Notes under the pieces: model-generated
Databases searched by the model: none
The model's input: only the letters and a program-made list of their open reading frames with translations
Told to the model about the DNA's origin: nothing
Part shown: in pieces, positions 38,961 to 51,541 of the stretch
Position numbering within the stretch: position 1 is the stretch's first letter
How the letters are laid out: the number at the start of each line of letters is the position of its first letter
DNA from: Octopus sinensis
Taxonomy: Eukaryota
Direction of reading: 5' to 3'
Assembly (NCBI RefSeq): GCF_006345805.1
Contig: NC_043004.1
Span: forward strand, 79,918,001-79,982,000
DNA: 64,000 nucleotides
Translations under genes and position numbers: made by a program

Positions 38961-40434
38961 GTAAGACCATCTATCTTGCCATTTCAGCCACTTTATTGCC
39001 TATGGAGGTTGAAGAAATCAAAAATAAGCCAGTGAAAGCCAGTGGAAGTTTGATAGAATTAAGAACATGAATTATCAAATATCGAATGTTTGGATGGTGA
39101 AATTATTATGAGTAACATTTTAGCTTTAGGCAAAATTCTTCAGCTCTATCAGCATTGCCTACATGTAATTGCATGAAATATTTGAAGATGCTGTTCCTGT
39201 TAATTACCAAAAGTTTGGGGACTGTTATTGTGGTATTTAATGTTAGCTCCAGGCTGGATCCTATCGATACTCACTAAATAATTCCATAAACTATTTCAAG
39301 ATACTATTCTTATTACTTACCTCATGGGGTACATCTATCTTTTCCACCAATCATATCTACTAATATGGTATGCAGTTCTAAACTCTGAAATAGTTTTATA
39401 CTTTCTCGAAATTCAATTCCAGTTTTGCAATGTATTTTTACAAAAATTCCATTGAATTCACCAAACTTTGCATCAGACTTCACTCAGTGATAGAATTGGA
39501 AATAAAATTCTTTTAATTCACATCTAGGCTTCTATCAGTTTCCAGCTACCAGATCCCTTCACAAGGCTTCGGTTGCTCTGGAATTATAGCAGAAGACACT
39601 TGCCCAAGGTTCCATACTGTGGATCTGAGCCCAAAACCTTGCCTGCATCTATGCCGCATTATGTATGAAATCATAAAGAAGGGGCATGTGTTTTCTTCAT
39701 TTACAATATTTCAGAGTGCTTAATGCTCACTTTGTTGTTATAAAATCTGCTTGTTAAATTACACATGTGTCTATAAAATTGCCTAACTACAAGTAATTAA
39801 ATCTAAAACTAAATATTTATCTCCAAGGTTTTTATTGATCATGGTTAACCAAATATCAAAACTTACTCTCCGAGTTGCAGACCTCAGAAAGATTTTATAG
39901 GAAATGTTGTCTACTACTCATCTAGGTCATGATGTGATTTGAACTCAGAATGCAAAGAACCATAACATATACTGTAAGACATCACATACAGCTAATCTCT
40001 GCTAATCCACTGCTCTACATTGATACCTGTTTGTTAATCCTGAAAAGATGGAAGGCAAAGTTGACTTCACTTGGGTTTGAACTCACAACACTAAAAATCA
40101 GAACAAAAACTGCACGGCATTCTGGTACTCTAATGCTTCTGCCAATTTGCTGTCTTTGACACTCTATAATGGCTGTGGTGTTCTTTCTGATGCTTATAAC
40201 AAGTCTCTGATGATTCCTCATATATCTTGTCTTGTTTCAGTTATTAGACTGAGGCCATGCTGGGGCTCTGCCTTGAATAATGTTTTACTTGAATGAATTG
40301 ACCCTCATACTTATTGTTTTTTAAGCCTGTACTTATTCTATTGGTTTCTTTTGCCAAACCACTAAGTCATGGCATCATAAACACACCGACACTGGTTGTC
40401 AAGCGGAGGTGGGGATCACATACACACACACATA

Positions 40435-40466
<32 letters not shown>

Positions 40467-40747
40467 TGACGAGCTTCTTAAATTTTCCACCTAGCAAATC
40501 CAAATCCACTTACAAGACTCTAGTCAGCTTGAGGTTATAGTGGAAGACACTTAGTTTAGGGGCCACACAAGTCTTCTTTCTTCATGCCCCCAGTGTTGTC
40601 CAAAGGAAGGACAAGGGCTAATCTAATACTTTTCAGACATATTGTTATTCATGTAAAAATGTAGCCCACTTTATCATCATCAATGTCCATCTTCCATACT
40701 GGCATGGTTGATATGGTTTGACAGAAACAGACGAGTTGGAGGACTGC

Positions 40748-40972
40748 AGCGGCGAGCTGGCAGAAACGTTTGCGCACCAGGCGAAATGCTCAGCAGTATT
40801 TCGTCTGCTGCTATGTTCTGAGTTCAAATTCCACTGAGGTCGACTTTGCCTTTCATCCTTTTGGGGTCAATAAATTAAGTACCAGTTACGCACTGGAGTC
40901 GATGTAATCGACTTAATCCATTTGTCCTTGTTTGTCCCCTCTATGTTTAGCCCCTTGTGGCTAATACAGAAA
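40748..40972 (+). mobile_element. Family A SINE, near intact
   Basis: gcggcgagctggcagaaacg... head through tail atgtttagccccttgtggctaatacagaaa. Confidence 0.88.
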
Positions 40973-41388
40973 CATATATATCAATTTTGGTAGGGTTTCT
41001 ATGGTTGGATGCCTTTCGTAATGCCAAGCCCTTTATAGAGTGTAGAGGGTGCTGCTTTATTTTTGAAGCATTATTAGTACCAGTGAAGATCACTTCACAG
41101 CATGCAACATCAAAAAGTAACCTCTATAAATGAGAGCAGGAGAGAGAGTGGGCAATGGTTCTAGGTGGAAGCAGGAACATCTGTCTTTGCAGTATGGCAG
41201 GCCCTCAGGCAAATCAATGAAATCAATGCATTAAGCTTTATAACATTTATTGACAGTAAGCCACAGCATATATAGATCAGAACTGTGTCCCTAGACTCAT
41301 GAGGCCCCCAGGCAATTGTTCAGTATGCCCATCCCAACCCATGCCCATAAAAAAATGAAGTCTTAAAATTTCACTATATTTAGATCAA

Positions 41389-41608
41389 CCCTTTAGCATT
41401 CAGATTACTCTGTCAAATGTAAAGCCTGTTTGATTACATTATTTTAAATTAATTGTACAGCATCTTGTAACTCTGGGATATTGATGATGTCCCTGTTTAT
41501 CTTTAGAATGACTTTGTAGGGTAGGTGTGAGAGGTCAGAGCTGGCTCATTTTAAAAATAAAACAGGAAGACAATTTTGGCCTGATATGGCCAGTTTAAAC
41601 ACTAAGGG
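41389..41608. mobile_element. piggyBac-type MITE
   Basis: T(C)AA|CCCTTTAGCATT ... ACACTAAGGG|TTAA termini. Confidence 0.72.
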
Positions 41609-42363
41609 TTAAACGTTATGTTAAGCTTTCACAATCTGAAAGAGAAGGACAAAATGCAACTGTTAGCTACAGGTGTTGACTACCTACTGGACATTATGTA
41701 TGCTCAGCCAAATGCTTCCCGGTGAGTTCATGTCCAAACAAGCAGGAGCAGGTTTTGCATTAGGAAAACAAACCAGGGAGGTATATATATGGGTTTTAAG
41801 ACTGGCCCTTGGATTGGAGGAGAGTTAGTAAGATAAGAGAAGCAGATTTACACTTGTGGGAGGGTGGTTGTAGAGAGAGTAACAGAGTTGGCACTACTTG
41901 CGGAGAGAAGATAGATAGCAGGGAATGGGGAAGAAAACAGACAGGATTAGTATCGAGGGTGTTCAAGAAAACTGTGGAAAGGGGTGGGGTAGAGTTAAAA
42001 GGTGATAGGGTGCGTTGTGTTGGAGAAGGATCAAGGGCTATCGAAGATTATAAGAGGTAAGTTTGAACAGAAGGTATGAGGGAAAAGGGGACAGGAAGGG
42101 AACAGTAGACTAGGGTGGAAAGGAATCGTGAGAGAGTCATTAAAGGAAAGAGAAGTGTGGTGGGGAGTGAGGGAAATTGGACAAAGGGAGGGAGAAGAGG
42201 TGTTGTGTAGTAAATTAACTTGCTTAAGAAAGCAAAAGAATTCACATAAAACTTAAAAGTTCATCACCTTTTTAATCTACTCAGTAAATTGGTGTAGAAT
42301 TAATGATAATCAATGACTCCTTAGTCCATCATTGGCACTTTAAAGTAGTAAAGTGTGTGCGTG

Positions 42364-42412
<49 letters not shown>

Positions 42413-43346
42413 GAGATTACTTCAGCTCTGAATAATAAATAGAAGCAGCAGTTGTCAGATCTGTGTGCATGCTTTGCTTATTCACGTTTGAGTGATGTGT
42501 TAACACCTGATCTGCTCCGCTATCCCCGCCACCATCAAACAGCTATTTCCCCCTACCGTTGTTGTTGTTATTGGTGGTGAAGGTAATAGTAATTATGTTT
42601 GCGATGGTGATGATGGTTGGCTGGCTGGCTGGTTGGTTGGTTGGTTGTTGGAGGCTTAACTTCCCGCTGCTTCTTTCCTCTTCATTGCAAGCCATTCATC
42701 TCCTTCGTAAATACGTTAGCAGAGACATTTAATTGCTTAGAACTCACTGCAAGGCAGGATTAATGTAAATCTATCCAGATTAGTTTGTGTAGGTGTGCCT
42801 CTGTGTGTGTGTGTGTGGCTGTATGAGGGAGACAATATGAATGGTGATATTTTAATGTGGGCGTGTACTTGTATAGATGTGTGTGCTTCTCCACCATGTA
42901 GTTTTTTTCCTTTGAAAACCCACTCGCCAAAGTCTTGTCTGCTTGCTCTCTATTACCTCCTTACTGCTTATTCAATGTTTAACATCAGATTACGAAATTT
43001 ATTTATGTGGTGGTTGTTGTTGTTTAGAAATTAATTATGGAATTCAGTATGTGTTGTTTTTGCACGTGTGTCGGACGGCTTTACAGCTCTGACTGTATAA
43101 CCAACCACATACAAAGATTATCTTTCAATCTGCAGATAAGTTTATGTACTTAGTGTCCAGGAAAAAGGAGAGTTGTTATGAAATCTGCAGCCTAACCAAT
43201 TATCAAAGCTTATAATGTGCAGAAGGAGACCCTGTGAGACCTCTGACAGCAGGCTGCTGCCAACTCCCATGGAATCAACCAGAGCAAACATGACCGAGCA
43301 CTCTGAGAAGTAAAACAACAACAACAATAATAATAATAATAATAAT

Positions 43347-43727
43347 TTCTGTTATGGCCACAAGGGCACACATACAAAACATTAAAAGACATGCAACAAC
43401 ATAAAAGACAAAAACAGGACGATACAAAGGGTTTTACAGTGTGTGAACAATATAAATAACAATTAAAAATTGAACAAATTAAAACTCCCAATAGGAGAGG
43501 TGCTTTAAGGTCCTCGTGGAAAAACCCACAAAAGCCACGGGTGCTTGAAAAACAGGCAAGAACCCTTCTCCTTTTTTCTTTTTACAGGTGCACGCTCAGA
43601 ATTGGTCCTTTCACACTGGCCATTCTTTAAACATTCACCCACCTTTCAACAAACTTGTTCCCACTCCACCCTCAGCTTCCTTTTCAAGTGAAACTTGAAA
43701 AAGTTGATGAGTGCTTGGCCAAAGCGG
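43347..43727 (-). mobile_element. 5'-truncated Tx1/L1-like LINE 3' end (copy A)
   Basis: Minus strand GQALINFFKFHLKRKLRVEWEQV...RWVNV..MASVKGPILSVHL*, then a ~235-bp 3' UTR ending cccttgtggccataacagaa(att)n. Confidence 0.7.
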
Positions 43728-43747
43728 AAAATAATAATAACAACAAT

Positions 43748-44379
43748 TTCTCTTATTGTTCACAAGGGCCCAAAACCTGGAGGACAATATCAAAGGACGG
43801 GATACAACACACAAAAGAACATGTGGGGGTTTACAGCAATCAAAAAACGACACTAGAATATTAAAGGATATAACAAAGTATATCTAAATAGACGTTAGGG
43901 AAATAAATATTTGATAAATAAATAGAATCCCAAGAGCACTTTGAGTAATTTGGGGTAAACCCCACACAGAGGACCCAGATTAGTCTGCCATCCCCAAGGC
44001 ATGGGAAGTGCCATTTTCCAGTTTCTTTCCTCCTACTTATAAAAACATACTCGGAGTAGATCCTTTCAGCCTCTCCAGTCTTGCCACTCACATCCTCCTT
44101 TTGATAACCACACTAGAAGGCAGCACTTGTCTCTTTACCCTCACCTTCCTCTTTGAATGAGATTTGAGGAAATCGACAAGAGCTTGACCAAACAGGAAAG
44201 TGCTTTTCTTCAAACCTTTTGGATGGGTCCACCAGACCACCTCTTCTGCGTTAACCACTAAGCAGAGAAAGATCTGCTTTCCATCTCTGCTAAAGGAAGG
44301 TTGTATGTTGATCTTCAGTATACACCCAGCTTACAGCTGAATCCATCTTACCCGAGTCAGCAGCTGCTCAGTTCAAGCC
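43748..44379 (-). mobile_element. 5'-truncated Tx1/L1-like LINE 3' end (copy B, different subfamily)
   Basis: Minus strand EQLLTRVRWIQL*AGCILKINIQPSFSRDGKQIFLCLVVNAEEVVWWTHPKGLKKSTFLFGQALVDFLKSHSKRKVRVKRQVL...SMFL*, homologous to copy A. The Tx1 assignment rests on recalled C-terminal similarity. Confidence 0.7.
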
Positions 44380-45133
44380 TAATAATAATAACTGCTCTGA
44401 AAACAGCAAAGATTATCCTGATCCTAGAACATGACTGGTTAATTTATTTTATCAACCAATAAGTTGAAAGGCAAAGTTGACCTTGGCAGAATTTGAAATC
44501 ACAACATAGAAATGGACAAAATGCCACTAAGCATTCTGTGTGGTGTGCTAACAGTTCTGCAAGCACACCACCTTAATCATCATCATCATCATCCAATGTT
44601 TTAAATCCAAGTTTTGTCCCTGTTAACGGGGGTTGTCAGACCTACCTTAATGCCATAGCAACCAAGGTAAGCAGGTACAGTCCACCCCAACCTTTGGGCT
44701 GGCTAGTGCCCATTCTGGAGCTGGATTTTCTACAGGAAGCATGCCCTTGCTTACTCCCAACCTCAGTTTCTAGACATGAGTGGTCCCAAGACCAAGGCCT
44801 CTACCAAGAAATGTGGTGGAAAACTAGCTCAGGAAGGCAGGGACGCTACTCCCTATAACCCCTTTTGGAGCCCCTCTACCTAATGATGATGATGATGATG
44901 ATGATAATAATAATAATCCTTACTACTATAGGCACAAGACCTGAAATTTGTGGGGAGGGTAACTGCCTAACTGGTACTTAGTTTATTAACCCTGAAAGAA
45001 TGAAATATAAAGTCAATCTCGGCGAAATTTGAACTCAGAATGTTGTGATGGGGAAATACTGCTTAGCATTTTGTCTGGTATGCTACCGATTCTGCCAGCT
45101 TGCCACCTTAATAATAATAATAATAATAACAAC

Positions 45134-45495
45134 AACAAGAGCACTCATAGAGTGCAAACCTCTGCCAAGGCAACACCAATGTCCTCTCAACAATTAAGCA
45201 GAGACGATTTTTTTAAATGAGAATATCTGAAATAAAATCGACCGCTCTCACAAATGAGAATACTAAAAGTGAACCCGACCACTCTCAAAAATTAAGTAAA
45301 ACAACAGGAAAAATAAGCCAGAATCCTTGTCCAGTACCCAATCAATTCCAAAATCTAATCAGTTTGTTCTAGTTCTGAGGCCAAACATCCCTGAAAGTTT
45401 CATCTGAATCCATCTAGCGGTTCTTGAGATATCTTGTCCACAGACAAACAAACAAGCATGACTGAAAACAATACCTCTGCTTTAGTGAAGGCGGA

Positions 45496-45500
<5 letters not shown>
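45134..45500. mobile_element. Helentron/Helitron2-type non-autonomous element (HINE-like)
   Basis: Subterminal inverted motif acctctgcc (left) / ggcggaggt (right), terminal hairpin cctctgc...gcggagg, internal (CAAA)n, inserted in an (AAC/AAT)n tract. Confidence 0.55.
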
Positions 45501-45526
<26 letters not shown>

Positions 45527-46581
45527 GTTATGATTTTAGCACAAGGCCAGCAATTTCAGGGAAAGGGGTAAGTTGATTACATTGACTCCAGTAATAAACT
45601 GGTATGTATTTTATAATCATAATGATAATAACAACAATAATTACAACAATAATAAATAGATAAAAATGCTTATGTATACGATAGAAAATTGTGATTTCAT
45701 GCTGGTATCATCATGTTTTTTTAAAAAAATAAGCTTGATAAGATAATATTATTATTATATCCATTATTTGAAAATGTAGATTTTGAAAAATATATTGGAT
45801 AGTTCACAGATAAAAGGTTTATAATCTGTCTAAAGATTAGATTTTGTTGAAGTAGCACAACTAAGAAGGTTGTTCTACCATTTGACTTCAAAGTCAAGCC
45901 ATTTTTCTTTACTTTCTTTTGGCCTTTTATTGTTTGTTTTTTATATATTTTGCATTTTCTTTGCGTTCTGTTATTCCTTTACATGTTTCAGTAATTGGAT
46001 TGCGCCCATACTGGGGCACCAACTTGAAAGGTTTACTCGGTTATATCGACCCATGTACTTTTTTTTATGTTTGATGTTAATTCTATCAGTCTGTTTTTTT
46101 TTATTCCATGAGCTGATAAGTTAGAGGGATGTAAAATCAAAAACAGCCACCACCAGTTGTCATGTAGGGAGGACAAACACACATGCATGTATACAAGTAC
46201 ACATACATACATTCATATATATATGTATATATACACACACACATGCACATATATGATGGGCTTCTTTCAGTTTCCATCTACCAAATCCACTCATGAGGCT
46301 TTGTCAACCCAAGACTGTAGTAAAAGACACTTGCTCAAGGTGGCATGCAGTGGGACTGCACCAAGAACCATGTGGTTAGTAAGCAAGCTAATTACCACTC
46401 AGCCACACCTATATATATATATATATATATAAGGACTTCTTTCAGTTTCTGTCTACCAAATCCATTCAGATGGCTTTGGTTGGCCTAAGATTTTAGTAGA
46501 AAACACTTGCCCAAGGTGGATCACAGTGGGATTGAACCCAGAACCATGTGGTTCATAAGCCAGCTGCTTACCACACAGCCA

Positions 46582-46636
<55 letters not shown>

Positions 46637-47333
46637 ATATATAATATATATAAATAATGGCCTCTTTCAGTTTCTGTCTACCAAATCCATTCAGAAGGCT
46701 TTGCCCGAGGTTTTAGCAGAAGACACCTGCCCAAGGTGGCACGTAGTGGAACTGAATCCAGAACCATGTGGTTGGGAAGCAAGCTTCTTACCACACAGCC
46801 ATGCCTGCACTTATGTATAGAGATCAATCAATCAATAGATAGATAAATGTACTTTTTTATTATTGTTAATTGACAGAAAATTAGGAAAGTGAGTCGAGGG
46901 CCGAACTTTATTTTTACCCCAAATTTGTTCAGTGACTGAAACAAACTATCTTCTGTGACGATGCTTGCATGAAATCACAATAACCCAGTTCAGAATCAGT
47001 TCTAACCTGTTTTGTATGGCTATGATGTAATACATGGCAATTTCAATTAGCCCATCATCATTATCATCATCACATCTGTTTCTCCATGTTTGCATAGGTT
47101 AGAAGAGATTATGTTGGGGCAGAGTTTTCTATGGCCAGATGCCATTCTTGGTGCCAAACCCCAACTTGTTTCTGATCAAGGTATAAACCTCCAAGTTTAT
47201 TGAACAACAAAGAGCCCGGACATGTTTTGTGCAGAGAACTGCAGACAACGAACATTGCATGAAAGAGCCTTTTGGTTTACAAAGCAGTGAATATGAGGAA
47301 AAAACAAACTCACTCACCTATGCACCATTGCAA

Positions 47334-47337
<4 letters not shown>

Positions 47338-47397
<60 letters not shown>
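47338..47397. repeat. (CA)n microsatellite
   Basis: Perfect dinucleotide run. Confidence 0.98.
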
Positions 47398-47399
<2 letters not shown>

Positions 47400-47697
47400 C
47401 CATGTAAATATACTTGCTTCTCCACCTCCTCCTATGAACTGTTTGTGAAATCGATCCGTCAATACAAGCTGTAGTTATGTGTGTGTGTGTGATAGACAGA
47501 ACATTATGTGTGTGTGTGTGTGTGTGCATGTGTCATGGCTTTGGCATGTGTCAACTATGCAGCTTTTATCGTCTTTACCAACACCCCTACCACTGCTTGT
47601 CAATTTCAGTGTCCCTCTATCAACTTAAACATCTTATGTTTACTCCCTCCGTATCTTCCCCCTTTTTACTCCCTCTCCCTTTATACGATGCTCGGTG

Positions 47698-47742
<45 letters not shown>

Positions 47743-47808
47743 GGTAGCCAAATAGCACCTCTTTTAGCAAGACAATCTGTTCTGTCCTTCTGTCATACTG
47801 TAACCCAG

Positions 47809-48088
47809 TGGTGGTTCCCAAAGTAGCTGGTATTGCCCCCCTGGGAGTGATGGAAAGATTCAGCAGGGTGGCCATTGAAGAAAAATGGGATGATAATGGG
47901 GTGGCCAAATTGGGGTGAAAGATGTGAAAACAAAAATATTGATAAGTTAATTAGGTTAAAATTTTGTGAAATACGAATTTTACTGCAGAAAGTGGTCTAT
48001 ATTTGTGGTGGGGGGGAGGAGGAGGGAGAGCTATGAATGGGACCTGGGTGCCAAGGGGGCGGCAGCCTGAAAAGTTTGGGAACCACAT
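47809..48088. mobile_element. hAT-type MITE
   Basis: Terminal inverted repeats GTGGTTCCCAAA (47811-22) / TTTGGGAACCAC (48075-86), typical of hAT-Charlie-like ends. Confidence 0.65.
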
Positions 48089-50183
48089 CTCAAACCTCTT
48101 GCCCGGTATACAGTCACTTCTGTCAGTGCCACTCCCTCTCTCAACTGGGAGGTCTTTGTCTTGCAAGCTATTTGGTAAACCCATTAGTGTCGGTGCCGAG
48201 GAATATATATCCATGCTGATGTCACAAAAAATGCACCCAGTATACCCTGGAAGGGCATCCAGCCATTGAAACCTTACAAAAAATAGACAAATGGAGCTTG
48301 GTGCAGCTCTCTGGCTGTCATATCATCCAACCCATATCAGATGGGAAAGCAGATGTTAAATGATGATGATGATGCACAACAGACTTCTTTCAGTTTCTGT
48401 CTACCAAATCTACTCAAGATTTTGGTCAACCTGGAACTCCAGTTGAAAATATTGGCTTAAAGTATCAGTGTCACACAGAAGAAATGAACCTAAGACCATA
48501 TTTTTGAGAAGTGAGCTTCTCAACTACACAGCCATGGTCAGCCAGTTTTGTATGGGTTTGAAGTAAATCGTTGTAATTTAATTTAGTTCTCCTGCAAAAA
48601 TTAATTAAAGTGAAACAAACAATGTTTAAATGTTTATTTGTGGAGATTCATTCTGGAAATGTATTTAAAATAAAATATATTTAGAACAAGTGTAACGAAC
48701 AGAACAGATTTATTGCTTTCTACAAAATAAATATGTTTTGTAAGATATAGGTTGTATTTCTCCTGATAATTGTTGCAGCTTTTGTGTAGACATCAATAGT
48801 AATTAAATGTGAGTGTTCTTGTCCCAACATCACATGATAGTTGTGAAAAGGCAACACCATCATACTGTCGATGTTGTTCATTTACTGTGAAAAACATGCC
48901 TGTATCTGGGGAAATATTAGGCTTTGAGACAGGTAAAGGTTGGTGACAGAAAGGGCATCCAGCCGTAGAAAGTCTGCCTCAGCGAATCCTGTATATGACA
49001 GTGTTTAGGATATTTGGATCTTGATCCTAAGGCTGTGAGTTCAATTCCCAGCAATGCATGTATCCTTGAGCAAGACATTTTATTCCACATTCCTCCAGTC
49101 TACTCAGCTGGCAAAAATGAATAGTACCTGTAATTCAAAGGGCCAGCCTTGTCACATTCTGTGTTACACTGAATCTCCCTGAGAACTATGTTAAGGGTAC
49201 TTGTATCTGTGGAGTACTCAGCCACTTGCACATTAATTCCAAGAGCAGGCTGTTCACTTGATTGGATCAACTGGAACCCTCATTGTCATAACTGACAAAG
49301 TGCCAACTTTTTTAATTCTTACCTAAGCAAGCCTGGAAAATGGATGTTAAAACGATGAGGAAGATGTCCTAATAAGATAACTTTATAATTCTGTTTGGTA
49401 ATTTAATTTGAGAAAACAGAAATAGAATCCATTACAATTTTGTATAATTCTAAATAATTTTTTTCTTTTTTTAAAAATTTTTCTGAGAAAATTTGCAAGG
49501 TTAATATGCTAAGAAAGTATTAAAATGTCTTACCTGCTTATATGGATGCAGAGAGAGAGAGAGAGGGGGGGAGTGAGAGTAAGAAAGAAAGAGGAAAAGA
49601 GAAGATAACTTGATTGTGGGTTTTTATTAACAAGCTAGCATCTGACAAATACACATTAAACATCATTTATTTTATAAATCTTTATCTTTTACTTGTTTCA
49701 TTCATTAGACTGCAGCCATGCTGGAGCACCACTTTGAAGAATCTTAGTTGAACACTGATTTCAAGAGGGACACACACACACGCACACACACAATGGGCTT
49801 CTTTCAGTTTCCATCTACCAAATCCACTCACAAGGCTTTGGTTGGCCTGAAGCTATAGTGGAAGACACTTGCCTAAGGTGCCGCACAGTGGGACTGAACC
49901 CAGAACCATGTGGTTGGGAAACAAACTCCCTACCACACAGCCACACCTGCACCACTTTGCTAAAATATCTGAGGTTGCTGTCATGGCTGGAAAGTAGGAG
50001 GGGAAGTTTTTCTTCGCCATTTTGAACTTGCAAAGAAAGAAATTAAATTTTTAAGAAAAATACTTGAATTATTCAGAATAAGTCATTTTGGGCATAAATA
50101 TAATGACACCAGATAAATTTTTTTATGTTCTAATAATCATACAGGCAATGGCATGACTGAGTGGTGAGAAGCTTACTTCCCAA

Positions 50184-50359
50184 TGGTACAATTGTTTCCT
50201 GCTGCTTCATTTTATTAAACACTGTAAGTATTACATCAGTTTTAAAATGTCGAGCAATCTTCAGCCACTTATAGAAATTTTCCAATCAAACAACATTTTA
50301 AAACTGATGTAATACTTACAGTGTTTAATAAAATGAAGTAGCATGAAACAATTGTACCA
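50184..50359. repeat. 67-bp inverted repeat with 42-nt spacer
   Basis: Arms 50184-50250 and 50293-50359 differ at 2 positions. Confidence 0.92.
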
Positions 50360-51198
50360 CTCCACCTCAGATATACTTGTTGCTTATTTTGATTATAATC
50401 ACCCCATAGATTTATATGGATAATATCATACAAAATTCTGGTGCCTTTGACTTAAGTACCATATTCATCTGAATCTAAATTTTGCTGAACTTATATATAT
50501 ATGGCATGGCTGTGTGGTTAGGGAGCTTGCTTCCTAACTATATGGTTTCGGGTTCAGTCCCACTGCATGGCACTTTGGGTAGGTGTCTTCCACTATAGCC
50601 CCGAGCTTTGTGATTGAATTCGGTAGGTGGAAGTTCCTGCCGTGTGTGTATATGTGCGTATAGCTGCTCAGTGCCTCTCCGAAAGAGAGAGAGAGGGATA
50701 TATGGTGGTTGTCTAATCCTTATGCAGAGTATGACCACCACCTGTACCTACATCTTAGATCTATCATGGCATCTGATGTGGCTTTTTAAACCAGACAATG
50801 CTTTGAAAAGACACTCAGATAGATTGCATATCTGATTTGGACCATCATGAGCTGCAGTTAAGTTCTGATCTTTGTGGATGTAAGAATGTAAATGTATGTA
50901 TGTGTTAGTCTCCCCACTGCCACTTGGCAACTGGTGTTGGTGTGTTTACACCTCGGTAACTTAGCAATTCAGCAAAGGAGACTGATAGAATAAATATGAA
51001 GCTAAAAATAATAAGAGGTATTGGGCTTGATTCTTTCTAAAAATTCTTCAAGGCAATGCCCCAGCATGGCCATAGTCTAATAACTAAAATGTGTGTGTGT
51101 GTCCACCACTACCTTTGGAAAACTGGTGTTGGTTTGTTTACATCTCTATAACTTAACAGTTTAGCAAGACAGACTGACAGAATGTCAGGCCTAAAAAT

Positions 51199-51541
51199 AA
51201 GTAGTGGAGGGGTGATTCATTGAAGCCTTGGAGGTGGTGCTCCAGCATGGCTGCTGTCCAATAACTGAAACAAGTGGAAGATAAAAGATAATGCCCAACA
51301 ATGCTTAGAAATGGTCAATCAGTGGAAGACTGGTTTATGTATAAGATAAACGTTGGTATTGCATTGAATGTCAAACTGGGTGGGCTTTTCTGGAGTGTCT
51401 TTTTATTTATACTTATTTGCAAAGTTATTTTTGATCCATTAAATGATAATGGTTTCAAGTTTTGGCACAAGGTCTGCAGTTTTTTGATGGGAGGGAGTTA
51501 AGTGAATTAGACCATCCCCCAGTATTCAACCGGTACTTACC
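51199..51541 (+). repeat. Source copy of a ~343-bp local direct duplication
   Basis: Near-identical to 52547-52888; spans one SINE tail, unique sequence and the end of another SINE. Confidence 0.93.

Noticed and set aside
41790-42230. Purine-rich block with an 83-aa ORF and a perfect AG|GTAAGT donor at 42057 (a similar block at 2860-3300)
   Set aside because: There is a phase-0 stop just before the donor and no recognisable protein motif on either strand; probably old retroelement debris that I cannot classify.
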